A stretch of 64,000 nucleotides of DNA from Nanohaloarchaea archaeon SG9 (GTDB taxonomy: Archaea; Nanohalarchaeota; Nanosalinia; Nanosalinales; Nanosalinaceae): contig CP012986.1 of the NCBI GenBank assembly GCA_001761425.1, positions 575,980 to 639,979 on the forward strand, read 5' to 3'. Shown one piece after another: positions 1-9,313 of the stretch (positions within the stretch are counted from its first letter, which is position 1; every line of letters begins with the position of its first letter). The notes beneath the pieces are model-generated. The model did not search any database and was not told the DNA's origin. It worked only from the letters and a program-made list of their open reading frames with translations. The translations under genes and the position numbers were made by a program.

Positions 1-621
1 GTGTGTCTTCCCTGTTCCCGGCTTTCCGATAAGCAGCATGCTTTTATCCATGTCCATCCCCCATTCCTCGATTTTCTTCTGCTTATCAGAATTTAGCTGC
101 GCTCCGACGTTCGAGGAAAGATTTGTGATGACATGATCGAGGCCTCCTACGTCCTGGAAAGTGACATCTGTCCGGATTGGTTCAAATTCTGCGTCACGAC
201 CTCTCTCTACAATATCTGTTACTTTGAAACTGTTTGGATCCAGAGCTACTTCTGTTCCTGGCTGAAACTCTTTTGCGTCATATCCGTTCGGTACCTCGAC
301 TCCATAGCGGCCTTTCATGTTTCCACTGGCTTCTACCCAGATACGGTCTCCGTCGAATTCGGATACAACTACTCCTCTCAGAACAGGTGTCTTCAGGTTT
401 GTTCCGTTAGGATTCTTATCCCCTCTGTTCTGCTGTTGCTGGAAGTACTGTGGGAACTGAACCTTCTGCTTTTTCTTGTCCTCTTTTCCTTCCTGTCGCT
501 GTTCCTCCTTCTCTTGATTTTCTTTCTCTTCTACCTGTTCGGAAGTATTGTCATCAGTCATAGATCTCACCAACTTTTTCGCACGCTGAACTAACTCTCT
601 CAGCCTGATCTCTAAACCCAT
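1..621 (-). CDS. AAA+ ATPase, proteasome-activating-nucleotidase (PAN)-like; only the N-terminal ~207 aa are in the window, the gene continues past the window start
   Basis: Absent from the ORF track because it runs off the window edge. Hand translation of the reverse strand from ATG (complement of 619-621) gives MGLEIRLRELVQRAKKLVRSMTDDNTSEQVEEKENQEK... It shows a K/E/Q-rich coiled-coil-like stretch and an OB-like segment (GNMKGRYGVEVPNGYDAKEFQPGTEVALDPNSFKVTDIV). It then shows DVTFQDVGGLD and the Walker A motif LLIGKPGTGKT at the window edge. The + strand ORF 133-594 (L/F-rich) is its antisense shadow. Confidence 0.6.
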   Translation of the reverse strand, partial: MGLEIRLRELVQRAKKLVRSMTDDNTSEQVEEKENQEKEEQRQEGKEDKKKQKVQFPQYFQQQQNRGDKNPNGTNLKTPVLRGVVVSEFDGDRIWVEASGNMKGRYGVEVPNGYDAKEFQPGTEVALDPNSFKVTDIVERGRDAEFEPIRTDVTFQDVGGLDHVITNLSSNVGAQLNSDKQKKIEEWGMDMDKSMLLIGKPGTGKTH

Positions 622-743
622 CTATACACCTTAAAATGCCGCTCTTATCTTTATAAATCGAACTTACTCACCGCCTCTAACCCGAAAAAACGTTTTCAGC
701 GGAATCAACTATCTTTTAAGAATTCACAGGAAACACCAAAGGC

Positions 744-2150
744 ATGAAAAACACAAAAATAGTCTCCACCATAGGACCCTCAACAGACACCAAAAAACAG
801 ATCGACAGATTAATCGACGCAGGAGTAGACGTAATCCGTCAAAACTTCTCCCATGTCAGCCACGAACAACACGAAAAAATATTTGACAGAATCAGGGAAA
901 CATCCGAAAAGACAGCAGTCATGGCAGATACCAAAGGCCCTGAAATCCGGCTCAGAAAGGTAAAAGAAGGAACAGTGCTGGAACAAGGCCACAAAGTGAA
1001 AATAACTGTGGAAGACGTCGAAGGAGACGAAAACAAACTATCCGTCAACTACAAGGCCTTCCTCGACCACATAGAGTCCGGAGATGAAATCAGGATGGAC
1101 GATGGTAAGATAGAGCTGGAGGTCGACAAAGTAGGCGAAACAGCGGAATGTACGGTAGTTTTCGGCGGAGAAGTAACAGACAAAAAAGCAGTTAACGTAC
1201 CTGGAAAAGACATAGGCCTTTCGGCGCCGACAGAAAAAGATAGAGAAGATATAAAGTTCGCAGCGGACAAAGGATACGATTTTATCTCTCTAAGTTTCGT
1301 GAAAGAGGCCTCTGACGTCGAAGAAGTAAGAAAGATACTGGAGGAAAATAGTTCCAGCGCCCATATTATCTCAAAGATTGAACACCGGGAAGCTGTGGAA
1401 AACTTCGATGAGATACTTAAGGCCTCAGATGCTTTGATGGTCGCAAGAGGAGATCTCGGGGTAGAGTTGCCTGCTGCCAGGCTCCCCATGATGCAGAAAG
1501 AAATGATTGAGAAATGTAACAGAGCTGGCAAACCGGTAATCACTGCTACCCAGATGCTGGAGTCGATGACAGAAAATCCTACAGCGACGAGAGCCGAGAT
1601 CTCTGACGTAGCGAACGCTGTTCTTGACGGATCGGATGCAGTGATGCTTTCAGGTGAGACAGCGATCGGAGACTACCCGGTCAAGACTGTAGAGTTCATG
1701 TCAGAGGTTATAGAGGAAACAGAGCAAACTCTGAAAGGTCATACCCACCATACTGTCAAGGAAAGGCCTGAATCCACACGTGATATCATCTGCAAAAACG
1801 TCTGGCAGGCAGCGAGAGACAATGAGGCCGGATACATCGTCGCCCATACATCTTCAGGTTCTACAGCCAGAAATATCTCAAAGTACAGGCCTGAAAAACC
1901 TGTCATCGCCTTTGCAGACAGTGAACGTGTCGAGCGACAGCTCAAACTTGCCTGGGGCGTAAGGCCTTACTACGAGGAGTTCCCTGAGGATGTAGAAGGA
2001 ATGCTTGAGGCCTCAGCTAGAAGGATGAAGTCTCTGAACCTGGCTGAGGATGATACAGAGCTTGTGATGTCTGCTGGAGTGCCGACCAGGGTTACAGGTA
2101 CGACCAATATGCTTCAGATCAGGACGGTCAGCAGTATCCTGAATAACTAG
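744..2150 (+). CDS. pyk: pyruvate kinase
   Basis: 468 aa. N-terminal KIVSTIGPST...DVIRQNFSH and MADTKGPEIR are pyruvate-kinase barrel motifs. MVARGDLGVE and the C-terminal allosteric domain are present. A TATA-like tttataaa lies about 95 nt upstream of the ATG. Confidence 0.9.
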   Translation: MKNTKIVSTIGPSTDTKKQIDRLIDAGVDVIRQNFSHVSHEQHEKIFDRIRETSEKTAVMADTKGPEIRLRKVKEGTVLEQGHKVKITVEDVEGDENKLSVNYKAFLDHIESGDEIRMDDGKIELEVDKVGETAECTVVFGGEVTDKKAVNVPGKDIGLSAPTEKDREDIKFAADKGYDFISLSFVKEASDVEEVRKILEENSSSAHIISKIEHREAVENFDEILKASDALMVARGDLGVELPAARLPMMQKEMIEKCNRAGKPVITATQMLESMTENPTATRAEISDVANAVLDGSDAVMLSGETAIGDYPVKTVEFMSEVIEETEQTLKGHTHHTVKERPESTRDIICKNVWQAARDNEAGYIVAHTSSGSTARNISKYRPEKPVIAFADSERVERQLKLAWGVRPYYEEFPEDVEGMLEASARRMKSLNLAEDDTELVMSAGVPTRVTGTTNMLQIRTVSSILNN

Positions 2151-2196
2151 GCTTTAACAGTAGAAATACGCTGTTAGATCCTCTAAACTTTTGGGA

Positions 2197-2271
2197 CGAA
2201 CCCGCAGGGATTTGAACCCTGGGCCTAGCGGTCCGAAGCCGCTCGCTCTGTCCAGGCTGAGCTACGGGTCC
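2197..2271 (-). tRNA. tRNA-Arg (anticodon TCG), no intron
   Basis: Reverse complement is GGACCCGTAGCTCAGCCTGGACAGAGCGAGCGGCTTCGGACCGCTAGGCCCAGGGTTCAAATCCCTGCGGGTTCG. It folds as a cloverleaf with acceptor GGACCCG/CGGGTTC, D-stem GCTC/GAGC, anticodon stem AGCGG/CCGCT with loop CTTCGGA, and T-arm CAGGG-TTCAAAT-CCCTG. Confidence 0.85.
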
Positions 2272-2337
2272 AGTCTAATATGTTTCAAAAGCTGAAAGGT
2301 TAAAAATCAGGTACGCAGATGGAGAGGGAAAAAGGCC

Positions 2338-3084
2338 TTAGCCCAGGTGCATATCCCCGAGCTTGTCCCTTCGGTAAAGGTCGATCTCCGCAGCGTTGTT
2401 CCTGTCCTCCTGTCTCGCTGCATAGACTACTGATTCTGCGATATCCTCTGGTTCTGTTACTTCTCCTTTCTCGAATGCTTGCCTGAAGGCCTCGCCTTCT
2501 TCCGAGTTGAACTCTGTTCTGACCTCTGACGGATTGATCACGGTCACGCCGACGTCGTCGTCTCCTATCTGGCTGGAGAGGCTGAGGGCGAATCCGCGTG
2601 TCCACCATTTTGTCGCTGCGTACAGCGGATTTCCTCCACGAGGATACTTCCCTGCTATACTACCTGTAAAGATCAGATTTCCGTCTGTTTCTTTCAGATG
2701 CGGTATAGCTGCTCTTGCTGTGAAAAACATGCCGTCGACGTTGACATCCATGGTTTTCCGGTAGTGTTCTGTAGGCATGTCTTCTATCTCGCCGGTCATG
2801 GCAAGGCCTGCGTTGTCGAACACTATGTCAAGCTGTCCGAACTCTTCGACAGTCTCTTCTACCATTTCCTCGACCTGTAGTTCATCTGTCACGTCTGTAG
2901 GCCTTACAAACGTATCTACTCCGTGTTTGTCTTCGAGGTTTTTTGCTATCTGTTCCAGTTCTTCTCCTGTCCTTGATGCAAGTGCGATGTCAACTCCTTT
3001 TTCCGCCAGTTTATGTGCTGAGGCTTTTCCGATTCCAGAGGATGCTCCCGTGATCAAGGCCTTTTTTCCGCTGAGTTCTTTCAT
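2338..3084 (-). CDS. short-chain dehydrogenase/reductase (SDR family oxidoreductase)
   Basis: 248 aa. It has the Rossmann TGASSGIGKA motif, an NAG segment, and a catalytic YxxxK (YAATKWW) typical of classical SDRs. Confidence 0.85.
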   Translation of the reverse strand: MKELSGKKALITGASSGIGKASAHKLAEKGVDIALASRTGEELEQIAKNLEDKHGVDTFVRPTDVTDELQVEEMVEETVEEFGQLDIVFDNAGLAMTGEIEDMPTEHYRKTMDVNVDGMFFTARAAIPHLKETDGNLIFTGSIAGKYPRGGNPLYAATKWWTRGFALSLSSQIGDDDVGVTVINPSEVRTEFNSEEGEAFRQAFEKGEVTEPEDIAESVVYAARQEDRNNAAEIDLYRRDKLGDMHLG

Positions 3085-3140
3085 TGTATTTTTTCACCTG
3101 TAAACTGTTTTTGGAGGTTTGTCTGTTTTCAACATTGCTG

Positions 3141-3554
3141 TTAGAATCTGTGTTCCTTCCAGGTGTAGACTGTCTCGAAGCCGTAGTTAAAGGCGAAGCC
3201 TATGCATACTCCTATGATGTTTGCTAGAGGATACCAGATTCCCAGCCTGACACCGGCTTCAAGGGCCACGAGTGAGATAAGAATGCCTCCTGTACGGACA
3301 AGATTCGATTTCAGGAAACGAGTCATGATCTTTCCCGGTTCGCCGCTGTAAGTGTATCTGTTGTTCAATATGAACATCGCAGCGATCGAGGCCTCAGCAC
3401 CTACCAGCTTTGCGACCAGCAGAGGAGAATTCAGGATTTCAACCAGAAAGATCAGCACAACTGTCTCCAATCCAAGGCCTAATACACTGGTTGCACAGAA
3501 CTTGATAGTTCTTTTCACATCTGCGACCGTCTCCAGTAATTTCTTTACTTCCAC
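3141..3554 (-). CDS. GtrA-family small membrane protein (putative lipid-linked sugar flippase component)
   Basis: 137 aa with about 4 TM helices and an LNNRYTY motif matching the GtrA signature (LNR.WTF). It overlaps the upstream GT-C gene by 10 nt. Confidence 0.7.
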   Translation of the reverse strand: MEVKKLLETVADVKRTIKFCATSVLGLGLETVVLIFLVEILNSPLLVAKLVGAEASIAAMFILNNRYTYSGEPGKIMTRFLKSNLVRTGGILISLVALEAGVRLGIWYPLANIIGVCIGFAFNYGFETVYTWKEHRF

Positions 3555-4942
3555 TGTCCTAAGGCCTCCAGTTTCTCCTTGATAAACCTGTCGTAGATAT
3601 AGCCAAGGAATGTATAGTTGAGATTGTTTCTTTCGTTAAACCCTTCCAGGTAAGTTCTGTCGGCTTTACCAGGTTTTTTACACAGCTCGCTGTAGCCGTA
3701 AACTGTGAAACGCCCGTTATCCTCAAGAACTGGTGCGGAAACATTCCTGTAATCCGGGCCTTTGAAGCTTATCGATCTGTAACCGTCCTGAAGCCTCTCC
3801 ATAGTTATATTCTCGTTTGAGACAGGTCTTGTCGGTGCGCCTGCGTAGTTAGTCATCAACCAGTACTCGGACTCTGCCATACATCCGTTCACAGCATCAG
3901 CAGAATCAAGATACTTTCCAGGAGGTGTAAGACCACTTATACCGAGGCCTAGACCGCCCACCACCAGATTAACTGCTGCAAGCATATAAAAGATTTTTTC
4001 CCGATCTACAATGGTCCAGGTCTTTGATGCGTAGAATGCTGCCGGGACTGTTAACGGGTAAAGATATCTGAGCGATCTGTAGTCTGCTGTCAAGTATGAG
4101 AGCGTTACAAGGCCTGAGTAAGAGATTATCAAGACATCTTCTCTCGAGAAATTTATTTTTTCTCTGATTTCGGGTTTGAGATAGGCCAGGAGGATCGCTG
4201 CTGTCGGCAGAGTCATTATCAAAAGGTTATGAGGGTTCAAAGCTGTGCTTGTGTATCTCAGGAATACGTTAAGCATCAGGAAGTTTCCGAAGCTTGTTAG
4301 AGGGTTTCCTGTCTGGATATAGTTGTAGAGGAGCCATGGGACCAGTGTCAGGCCTGAAATTATCCCGGTCTTGACTATCTTTTTCAGGTCTCTCTGGAGC
4401 AGGATCAGCGGTATCAGGACGCCGAAGTTATACCTTGTCAGGAATGTAAGGCCGAGCCAGAGGCCTGACCGGGTTTTCTGGAAGTCGGCGAGGAAAAGTA
4501 ATGCAAAGGCTAGTGAAAGCATCTCGGTGCCGTTCATCGTCGAGAAAAATATCACGGCAGGAGTTAATGCGAAAATGTAGAACTTATCCGGTTCAAGGTC
4601 AAAGCTTTCCGAGAACTTTCTGGAACCGTAAAGGAAAAAAGCTGATGTCAGGCCTATAAAGACGTACTCGGAGATCTTTCTAGTGAAGATGTACTGAAGG
4701 AGGCCCATCGCTGTGGAGGCGAGTGGGGGCCTCAGCCATTCCATGTAGAAACCGCTGTGGAAGATATACTCCCCGATCATCGAGTAAGTGTTGAAATCCC
4801 AGGACCATCCTGTGCTGTGCTGGTAAAGCATCAGACCTGTAGCAAGGAGGAAAAAGACCAGAGTCAGATCTGTATACCTTTCTCTGATCCCTCCAGAATA
4901 TTCTTTGACTCTTTCCTCTATTTTCTCCGTCTCTATCTCCAT
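3545..4942 (-). CDS. GT-C fold membrane glycosyltransferase (ArnT/PMT/GtrC-like), polytopic with a C-terminal soluble domain
   Basis: 465 aa with at least 10 predicted TM helices and a first-loop WSWDF.Y segment. A roughly 130-aa hydrophilic C-terminal domain follows. It overlaps the GT2 gene (4933-5634) and the GtrA gene in an operon-like arrangement. Confidence 0.55.
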   Translation of the reverse strand: MEIETEKIEERVKEYSGGIRERYTDLTLVFFLLATGLMLYQHSTGWSWDFNTYSMIGEYIFHSGFYMEWLRPPLASTAMGLLQYIFTRKISEYVFIGLTSAFFLYGSRKFSESFDLEPDKFYIFALTPAVIFFSTMNGTEMLSLAFALLFLADFQKTRSGLWLGLTFLTRYNFGVLIPLILLQRDLKKIVKTGIISGLTLVPWLLYNYIQTGNPLTSFGNFLMLNVFLRYTSTALNPHNLLIMTLPTAAILLAYLKPEIREKINFSREDVLIISYSGLVTLSYLTADYRSLRYLYPLTVPAAFYASKTWTIVDREKIFYMLAAVNLVVGGLGLGISGLTPPGKYLDSADAVNGCMAESEYWLMTNYAGAPTRPVSNENITMERLQDGYRSISFKGPDYRNVSAPVLEDNGRFTVYGYSELCKKPGKADRTYLEGFNERNNLNYTFLGYIYDRFIKEKLEALGQWK

Positions 4943-5634
4943 AAATTGATCCTCAGTTCCACAGTCTTTCTCAGAAAGTAAACTGAATCTCTGAAAACAC
5001 TGACTTTCGAATCAGTGCTCTCCTCCCAGTCCACAGAAAACTCTTTCACATCCATATCTTTTCTCTGCGCTCTTACAAGCATCTCGGCATCCCAGAACCA
5101 GTGACTGCTCTCTACCTCGCTGAAAACATCCTCCACAGCCTCCGGGTCAAAGGCCTTGAACCCACACTGGTGATCTTTTATCATGGAGCCGAAGGCTTTT
5201 CTAATAAGTTCGTTGAAAACCATGCTCGGCATCTCCCGTTTAAGACCTCTGTCAAGGCCTTTTTCTATTCTTCTGGAGCCTACTGCTATGTCATAGCCTT
5301 TTTCCAGATGTTTTCCTGCGTCTTCTATATGTTTCAGTTCTGTTGAAAGGTCTGCATCCGAGTAGACGAATTTTTCTGCCTCTACTTCTTGAAAGGCTTT
5401 TTCAAATGCAAGGCCTTTCCCCAGTCTCTTATCGAATTTCAGGTGTTTGATTTCTGGTATCTCTTTTTCCAGTCTGTCTGCTTCTTCCTGTGTTCCGTCG
5501 GTTGACCCGTCTGTCACTAAAACTATCTGGAAAGGATCTATCTCGGTTTCTCTGAGGAACTCGATGGTTTTCTGTGCTGTATCCTCCAGTATCTCTACCT
5601 CGTTGTATACAGGGTAGACCACTGCGAGTTCCAT
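4933..5634 (-). CDS. family 2 glycosyltransferase, polyprenol-phosphate sugar synthase-like (GtrB/DPM1-like)
   Basis: 233 aa. LAVVYPVYNE...VLVTDGSTDGT...YSDADLS are GT2 (DPM1/GtrB-type) motifs. It is the first gene of an overlapping three-gene operon. Confidence 0.8.
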   Translation of the reverse strand: MELAVVYPVYNEVEILEDTAQKTIEFLRETEIDPFQIVLVTDGSTDGTQEEADRLEKEIPEIKHLKFDKRLGKGLAFEKAFQEVEAEKFVYSDADLSTELKHIEDAGKHLEKGYDIAVGSRRIEKGLDRGLKREMPSMVFNELIRKAFGSMIKDHQCGFKAFDPEAVEDVFSEVESSHWFWDAEMLVRAQRKDMDVKEFSVDWEESTDSKVSVFRDSVYFLRKTVELRINLWR

Positions 5635-5748
5635 AAAAAATATTTCGTGGAGTAAAATAGTTTAAACCTATAACCTTTCTCTGAAGTCTTCAAAGCTGTC
5701 CAGTACATGTAACGTACTGTAAGACAGTTTTTAGGCCTTCAGACCGGC

Positions 5749-6024
5749 TTGAAGCTTTGTGACACGATGAATATCGAATCAGTTGAACTGGAGGACGAAT
5801 ATTTTCATGTCAGGTTCAATGATCCTGAGAGATTTGAGGCTATCCGCACGCCTGACTGGGCAGCGAACGTTGCAACATCGGTTTCAGAAGGTGCAGAGGT
5901 CAGAATGGGTAATGAAAAGGAAGGTGATGACTGGGAGGTCCAGTCGGTTCTTATAGAGAAAAGTGAAGGTGAGGAAAAGGCTAGAGAACAGGCACAAAGG
6001 ATAGTTGAAAAATTAAATGATTAA
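5749..6024 (+). CDS. hypothetical small acidic protein
   Basis: 91-aa ORF whose acidic composition matches the rest of the window. An in-frame ATG at 5767 is an alternative start. Confidence 0.45.
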   Translation: MKLCDTMNIESVELEDEYFHVRFNDPERFEAIRTPDWAANVATSVSEGAEVRMGNEKEGDDWEVQSVLIEKSEGEEKAREQAQRIVEKLND

Positions 6025-6034
6025 AAAAAGTTTT

Positions 6035-6394
6035 TTAGACTCCTGGGACTCCTATGGCTTCGAAACTGCCGATACCTAGGAAAGCCAGTAAGTACAGTAT
6101 GACAAGGACTGATATCCAGGCAACCAGAGCTATACTGGCTGCGTTCACCCATCCGCCTTCGTACATCGAGTTGATAAGGCCTACCCAGGCCAGCAGTGTG
6201 ATCAAAGGTCCTAGAAGAGGTATCCATCCGAATAGAAATCCTACTACTGCCCAGACTATTGCTCCGAAGAGAGCAGTCATAAAGGCGTTTCCGAAATCCT
6301 CTGTCCCCAGGATTAGTTTAGCTGAGATATATATTCCTGTCGCTCCCAGTAAGAGGCCTATCAGGAAGACGATTATGGAATCAATCAGTGCCAT
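6035..6394 (-). CDS. hypothetical integral membrane protein (about 4 TM)
   Basis: 119 aa, strongly hydrophobic with helix-like periodicity. The overlapping + ORF 6054-6407 looks like its antisense shadow. Confidence 0.55.
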   Translation of the reverse strand: MALIDSIIVFLIGLLLGATGIYISAKLILGTEDFGNAFMTALFGAIVWAVVGFLFGWIPLLGPLITLLAWVGLINSMYEGGWVNAASIALVAWISVLVILYLLAFLGIGSFEAIGVPGV

Positions 6395-6491
6395 ATCCAG
6401 TAATTGACGTCTTTTATATAAACGGATTGTTGCATCCTTTCACCGTTTTTCACGGTTTTCAGGTTAGTTTAATATTCGAGTCCGCAGAAGT

Positions 6492-8090
6492 TTGAACTAT
6501 ATGAGTCGCCAGATATCCTATTTTACGATGGAGATAGGCCTCAAACCTGAGATAAAGACTTACAGTGGAGGCCTCGGTGTACTGGCCGGTGACACCGTGA
6601 AGGCGGCAGCTGATCACGACCTTGATTTCACCGCGGTCACACTTCTCTACAGGAACGGTTACTTTAGACAGAGGATTGAGGGAAAGGAACAGGTTGAAGA
6701 GCCTCAGAACTGGCCTTATGAAGAGATACTGGAGGATACCGGTGAGAAAGTCTCTATCAAGATCCGTGGAAGAACTGTCGATGTAAAGATCTGGCGGCAT
6801 AAAGTAAAGGGAGAGAAAGGAGACGCTGAAGTCCTGTTCCTGGACACAGGCCTTGAATCCAACACAGAGGAAGACAGAGAACTTACCTCACAGCTTTACA
6901 TGGGAGGACAGGAGAAAAGACTCTGTCAGGAAGCGGTCCTCGGGATAGCAGGGGTCAAAGCACTCTGGGAAACCGACAAAGAAACAGATTACTACCACAT
7001 GAACGAAGGCCACTCCGCACTCCTCGTAACCGAGGCCTCAGGAAAAAAAGTATTCACAACTCATACACCTGTTCCGGCAGGTCACGACACATTTCCACAG
7101 GATTTAGTCGAGAAAGTTCTGCCACAGGAGAAAATAGATGATCTAGGCCTTGAAGGAAAGCTTAACATGACTGAACTGGCTCTAGAAAACTCTACATACA
7201 ACAATGCTGTCTCTGACAGGCACGCAGAAGTTACAAGAGAGATGTTTCCGGGGTACGAGTTCGACGCGGTAACTAACGGCATCCACACAGATACATGGGT
7301 ATCAGAGCCTTTCAAAAAGCTCTTCGACCAGGAAATAAACCGCTGGTGCCTCGACCCGGCAAGATTGACAAAAGTAGCAGGATTCAGCGACAGAAAACTG
7401 TGGGAAGCAAAGAAAAAATCAAAGAAAAAACTTTCTGAACTCCTGAAACAGAACACGGGTCAAGGCCTCAACCCTGAAACATTTACAGTGGGCTTTGCCC
7501 GTCGAAGCACTTCCTACAAGAGGCCTACCTTGATCTTCAGGGATGTGGACAGGCTTGATTCTCTGGCCGAAGATTATGGTGGCTTACAGCTTGTATTTGC
7601 TGGAAAAGCCCACCCTGATGATGTAGAAGGCAAAGACCTTATAAAACGTGTTCTGGAGTATGCTGGAATGCTTGAAAATGTCGAGGTCTACTTTGTAGAG
7701 GACTACGGAATGGGTGAAGCTTCCAGGATGGTTTCAGGTGTGGATCTATGGCTTAACAATCCTGAACGTGGTAAAGAGGCATCAGGCACCTCAGGTATGA
7801 AAGCTGCGTTAAACGGTGCTCCCCAGCTTTCAACTCCTGACGGCTGGTGGCTTGAAGGACATGTCGAGGGAGTGACCGGATGGGATATTGGCGAAGACTA
7901 CGTTGAAGGAGAGGATGAAGAACTGATTGACAGCCGTTCTATCTACGAAAAGATGGATAGAATCCTCTCTATATACCATAACGACAGAAAGGCCTGGATA
8001 AAAATTATGAAAAACTGCATAACATTGAACGCCTCACATTTCAACACAGACAGAATGCTGAAAGAGTATCTGGCCAGAGCCTACAAGTAA
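6492..8090 (+). CDS. alpha-glucan (glycogen/maltodextrin) phosphorylase, GT35 family, short archaeal type
   Basis: 532 aa. FTMEIGL...YSGGLGVLAGD is the N-terminal GT35 signature. EASGTSGMKAALNGA is the pyridoxal-phosphate lysine motif of alpha-glucan phosphorylases. Confidence 0.85.
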   Translation: MNYMSRQISYFTMEIGLKPEIKTYSGGLGVLAGDTVKAAADHDLDFTAVTLLYRNGYFRQRIEGKEQVEEPQNWPYEEILEDTGEKVSIKIRGRTVDVKIWRHKVKGEKGDAEVLFLDTGLESNTEEDRELTSQLYMGGQEKRLCQEAVLGIAGVKALWETDKETDYYHMNEGHSALLVTEASGKKVFTTHTPVPAGHDTFPQDLVEKVLPQEKIDDLGLEGKLNMTELALENSTYNNAVSDRHAEVTREMFPGYEFDAVTNGIHTDTWVSEPFKKLFDQEINRWCLDPARLTKVAGFSDRKLWEAKKKSKKKLSELLKQNTGQGLNPETFTVGFARRSTSYKRPTLIFRDVDRLDSLAEDYGGLQLVFAGKAHPDDVEGKDLIKRVLEYAGMLENVEVYFVEDYGMGEASRMVSGVDLWLNNPERGKEASGTSGMKAALNGAPQLSTPDGWWLEGHVEGVTGWDIGEDYVEGEDEELIDSRSIYEKMDRILSIYHNDRKAWIKIMKNCITLNASHFNTDRMLKEYLARAYK

Positions 8091-8092
8091 CT

Positions 8093-8234
8093 CGGACCTG
8101 AAGGGATTTGAACCCTTGACTTCGAGGTATTTCCATTCGAAGACCAAGATCTTCTCTAACCCCCCAACTTTTGCGGAAGCTCAAGCAGGAGGTATTAGGA
8201 ACCTCGCGCTCTGTCCATGCTGAGCTACAGGCCC
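8093..8234 (-). tRNA. tRNA-Arg (anticodon CCT) with a 67-nt intron at the canonical 37/38 position
   Basis: Reverse complement is GGGCCTGTAGCTCAGCATGGACAGAGCGCGAGGTTCCTA|intron|ACCTCGAAGTCAAGGGTTCAAATCCCTTCAGGTCCG. The acceptor GGGCCTG/CAGGTCC, D-arm, anticodon stem CGAGG/CCTCG and T-arm AAGGG-TTCAAAT-CCCTT only pair if about 67 nt (approx. 8129-8195) are removed. Exons are approx. 8196-8234 and 8093-8128. Confidence 0.8.
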
Positions 8235-8314
8235 CTTTTCAGGTACTGTAAACTTTTGAGCATACTCCATTCTTTTAAAAAACCGGAGTTTGGAACTAGA
8301 AAACCGTATAAACT

Positions 8315-8992
8315 TTGCATAAAAACAGTAAAAATGTGGATCCTGCCTTCGGACAAGTTGAAATACTGGAACAGAGAAAAGCTGAACAGGTACTGCGGGA
8401 AACCGAGGAAAGAGTCCGTTCAGTAGCTCAGAGACAGGGAGTAAAACCTGTAGACGGCGAAGACACTTCATTCGAGATAAAGGCCTCCGCGGAAACTGTC
8501 GAAAGCCTTGAAGACCTGGAGCAGTATTTTGAAGGAATAAAAGGCCTGAGCTCCGCTGATATCGTTTTCTATGGCGAGTCACAGCAGAGAAGACATGGCA
8601 CTCAGGAGCTGTCTGAAGATATAGCTGTCAGAGTAGATTTCCCGGATCAAAGATTTCGAGATGTTTACCAGATGCTTGAAAAAGACTTTGGCGTTCAGAG
8701 AGTCCAGTTCTACATGACCGGAAGCGGTGAAGACAGTGTTGAGGCCTTCAGAGATACTTTGCCAGTTCTTGATGTCCGGACAGGAGATCTTGGGGATGCG
8801 AAAGGAGTCTATGTTAGTTACAGGAATGGAGGCACTGTTGAGGCGATGTGGTCGGAGAAAGAAGATATTAAAGAAGTCTATGACAGCCTTCAGGGCCTAG
8901 GCCTTGGATATTACGGTGCTGTAGTTACTGGAGAGCAGGATTCCGAATGGGTCATCGCCGAGAATCCTTACGATGACTTTTCCGACATGTAG
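8315..8992 (+). CDS. hypothetical acidic protein
   Basis: 225-aa ORF with acidic composition and no recognisable motif. The start is uncertain. Confidence 0.5.
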   Translation: MHKNSKNVDPAFGQVEILEQRKAEQVLRETEERVRSVAQRQGVKPVDGEDTSFEIKASAETVESLEDLEQYFEGIKGLSSADIVFYGESQQRRHGTQELSEDIAVRVDFPDQRFRDVYQMLEKDFGVQRVQFYMTGSGEDSVEAFRDTLPVLDVRTGDLGDAKGVYVSYRNGGTVEAMWSEKEDIKEVYDSLQGLGLGYYGAVVTGEQDSEWVIAENPYDDFSDM

Positions 8993-9241
8993 CTATTCTT
9001 CGTCTATAACGTCTTCTATCTGGTATGTCTGTTCGCACTGAGGATATCCTTCACATCCCCAGAAGAACCCGTAACGTCCCTCCTTGATCTTCATCGGCAT
9101 ACCGCATTCAGGACACGCAACTTCTTTCGGTTCATTTTCCCTATGCTCTTTGCAGACAGGCTGTCCTGCAGAATTTTTCTTCGTCGCATTCTCACCGCAG
9201 AACACGCACTTAGTCATCTTGGTTTCCTGAGGCATACCCAC
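8993..9241 (-). CDS. small zinc-finger protein with a topoisomerase-type C4 zinc finger
   Basis: 82 aa. It has CVFCGE...CKEH and CPECGMPMKIKEGRYGFFWGCEGYPQC, which resembles the zf-C4 topoisomerase DNA-binding finger (GRYGPFWGC..YP.C). Confidence 0.65.
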   Translation of the reverse strand: MGMPQETKMTKCVFCGENATKKNSAGQPVCKEHRENEPKEVACPECGMPMKIKEGRYGFFWGCEGYPQCEQTYQIEDVIDEE

Positions 9242-9313
9242 CTAAGGAACTTCTACAGTTAAAAACCAAAACAAACCCGGTTAAAAATTTGTCATCAAAC
9301 AGTAGAAAACACG

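Noticed and set aside
133-594. 153-aa + strand ORF (L/F/S-rich)
   Set aside because: It is the antisense shadow of the minus-strand PAN-like AAA ATPase gene. Its low-complexity L/F composition is what reverse-complemented GAA/GAG-rich acidic coding sequence produces.
6054-6407. 117-aa + strand ORF
   Set aside because: It is the shadow of the hydrophobic membrane-protein gene on the minus strand (6035-6394), and it is R/P/S/T-rich.
8181-8582. ORFs 8181-8582 (-) and 8217-8426 (+) overlapping the tRNA-Arg(CCT) locus
   Set aside because: They overlap a well-folding intron-containing tRNA. Their composition (R/P/L-rich) is non-genic.
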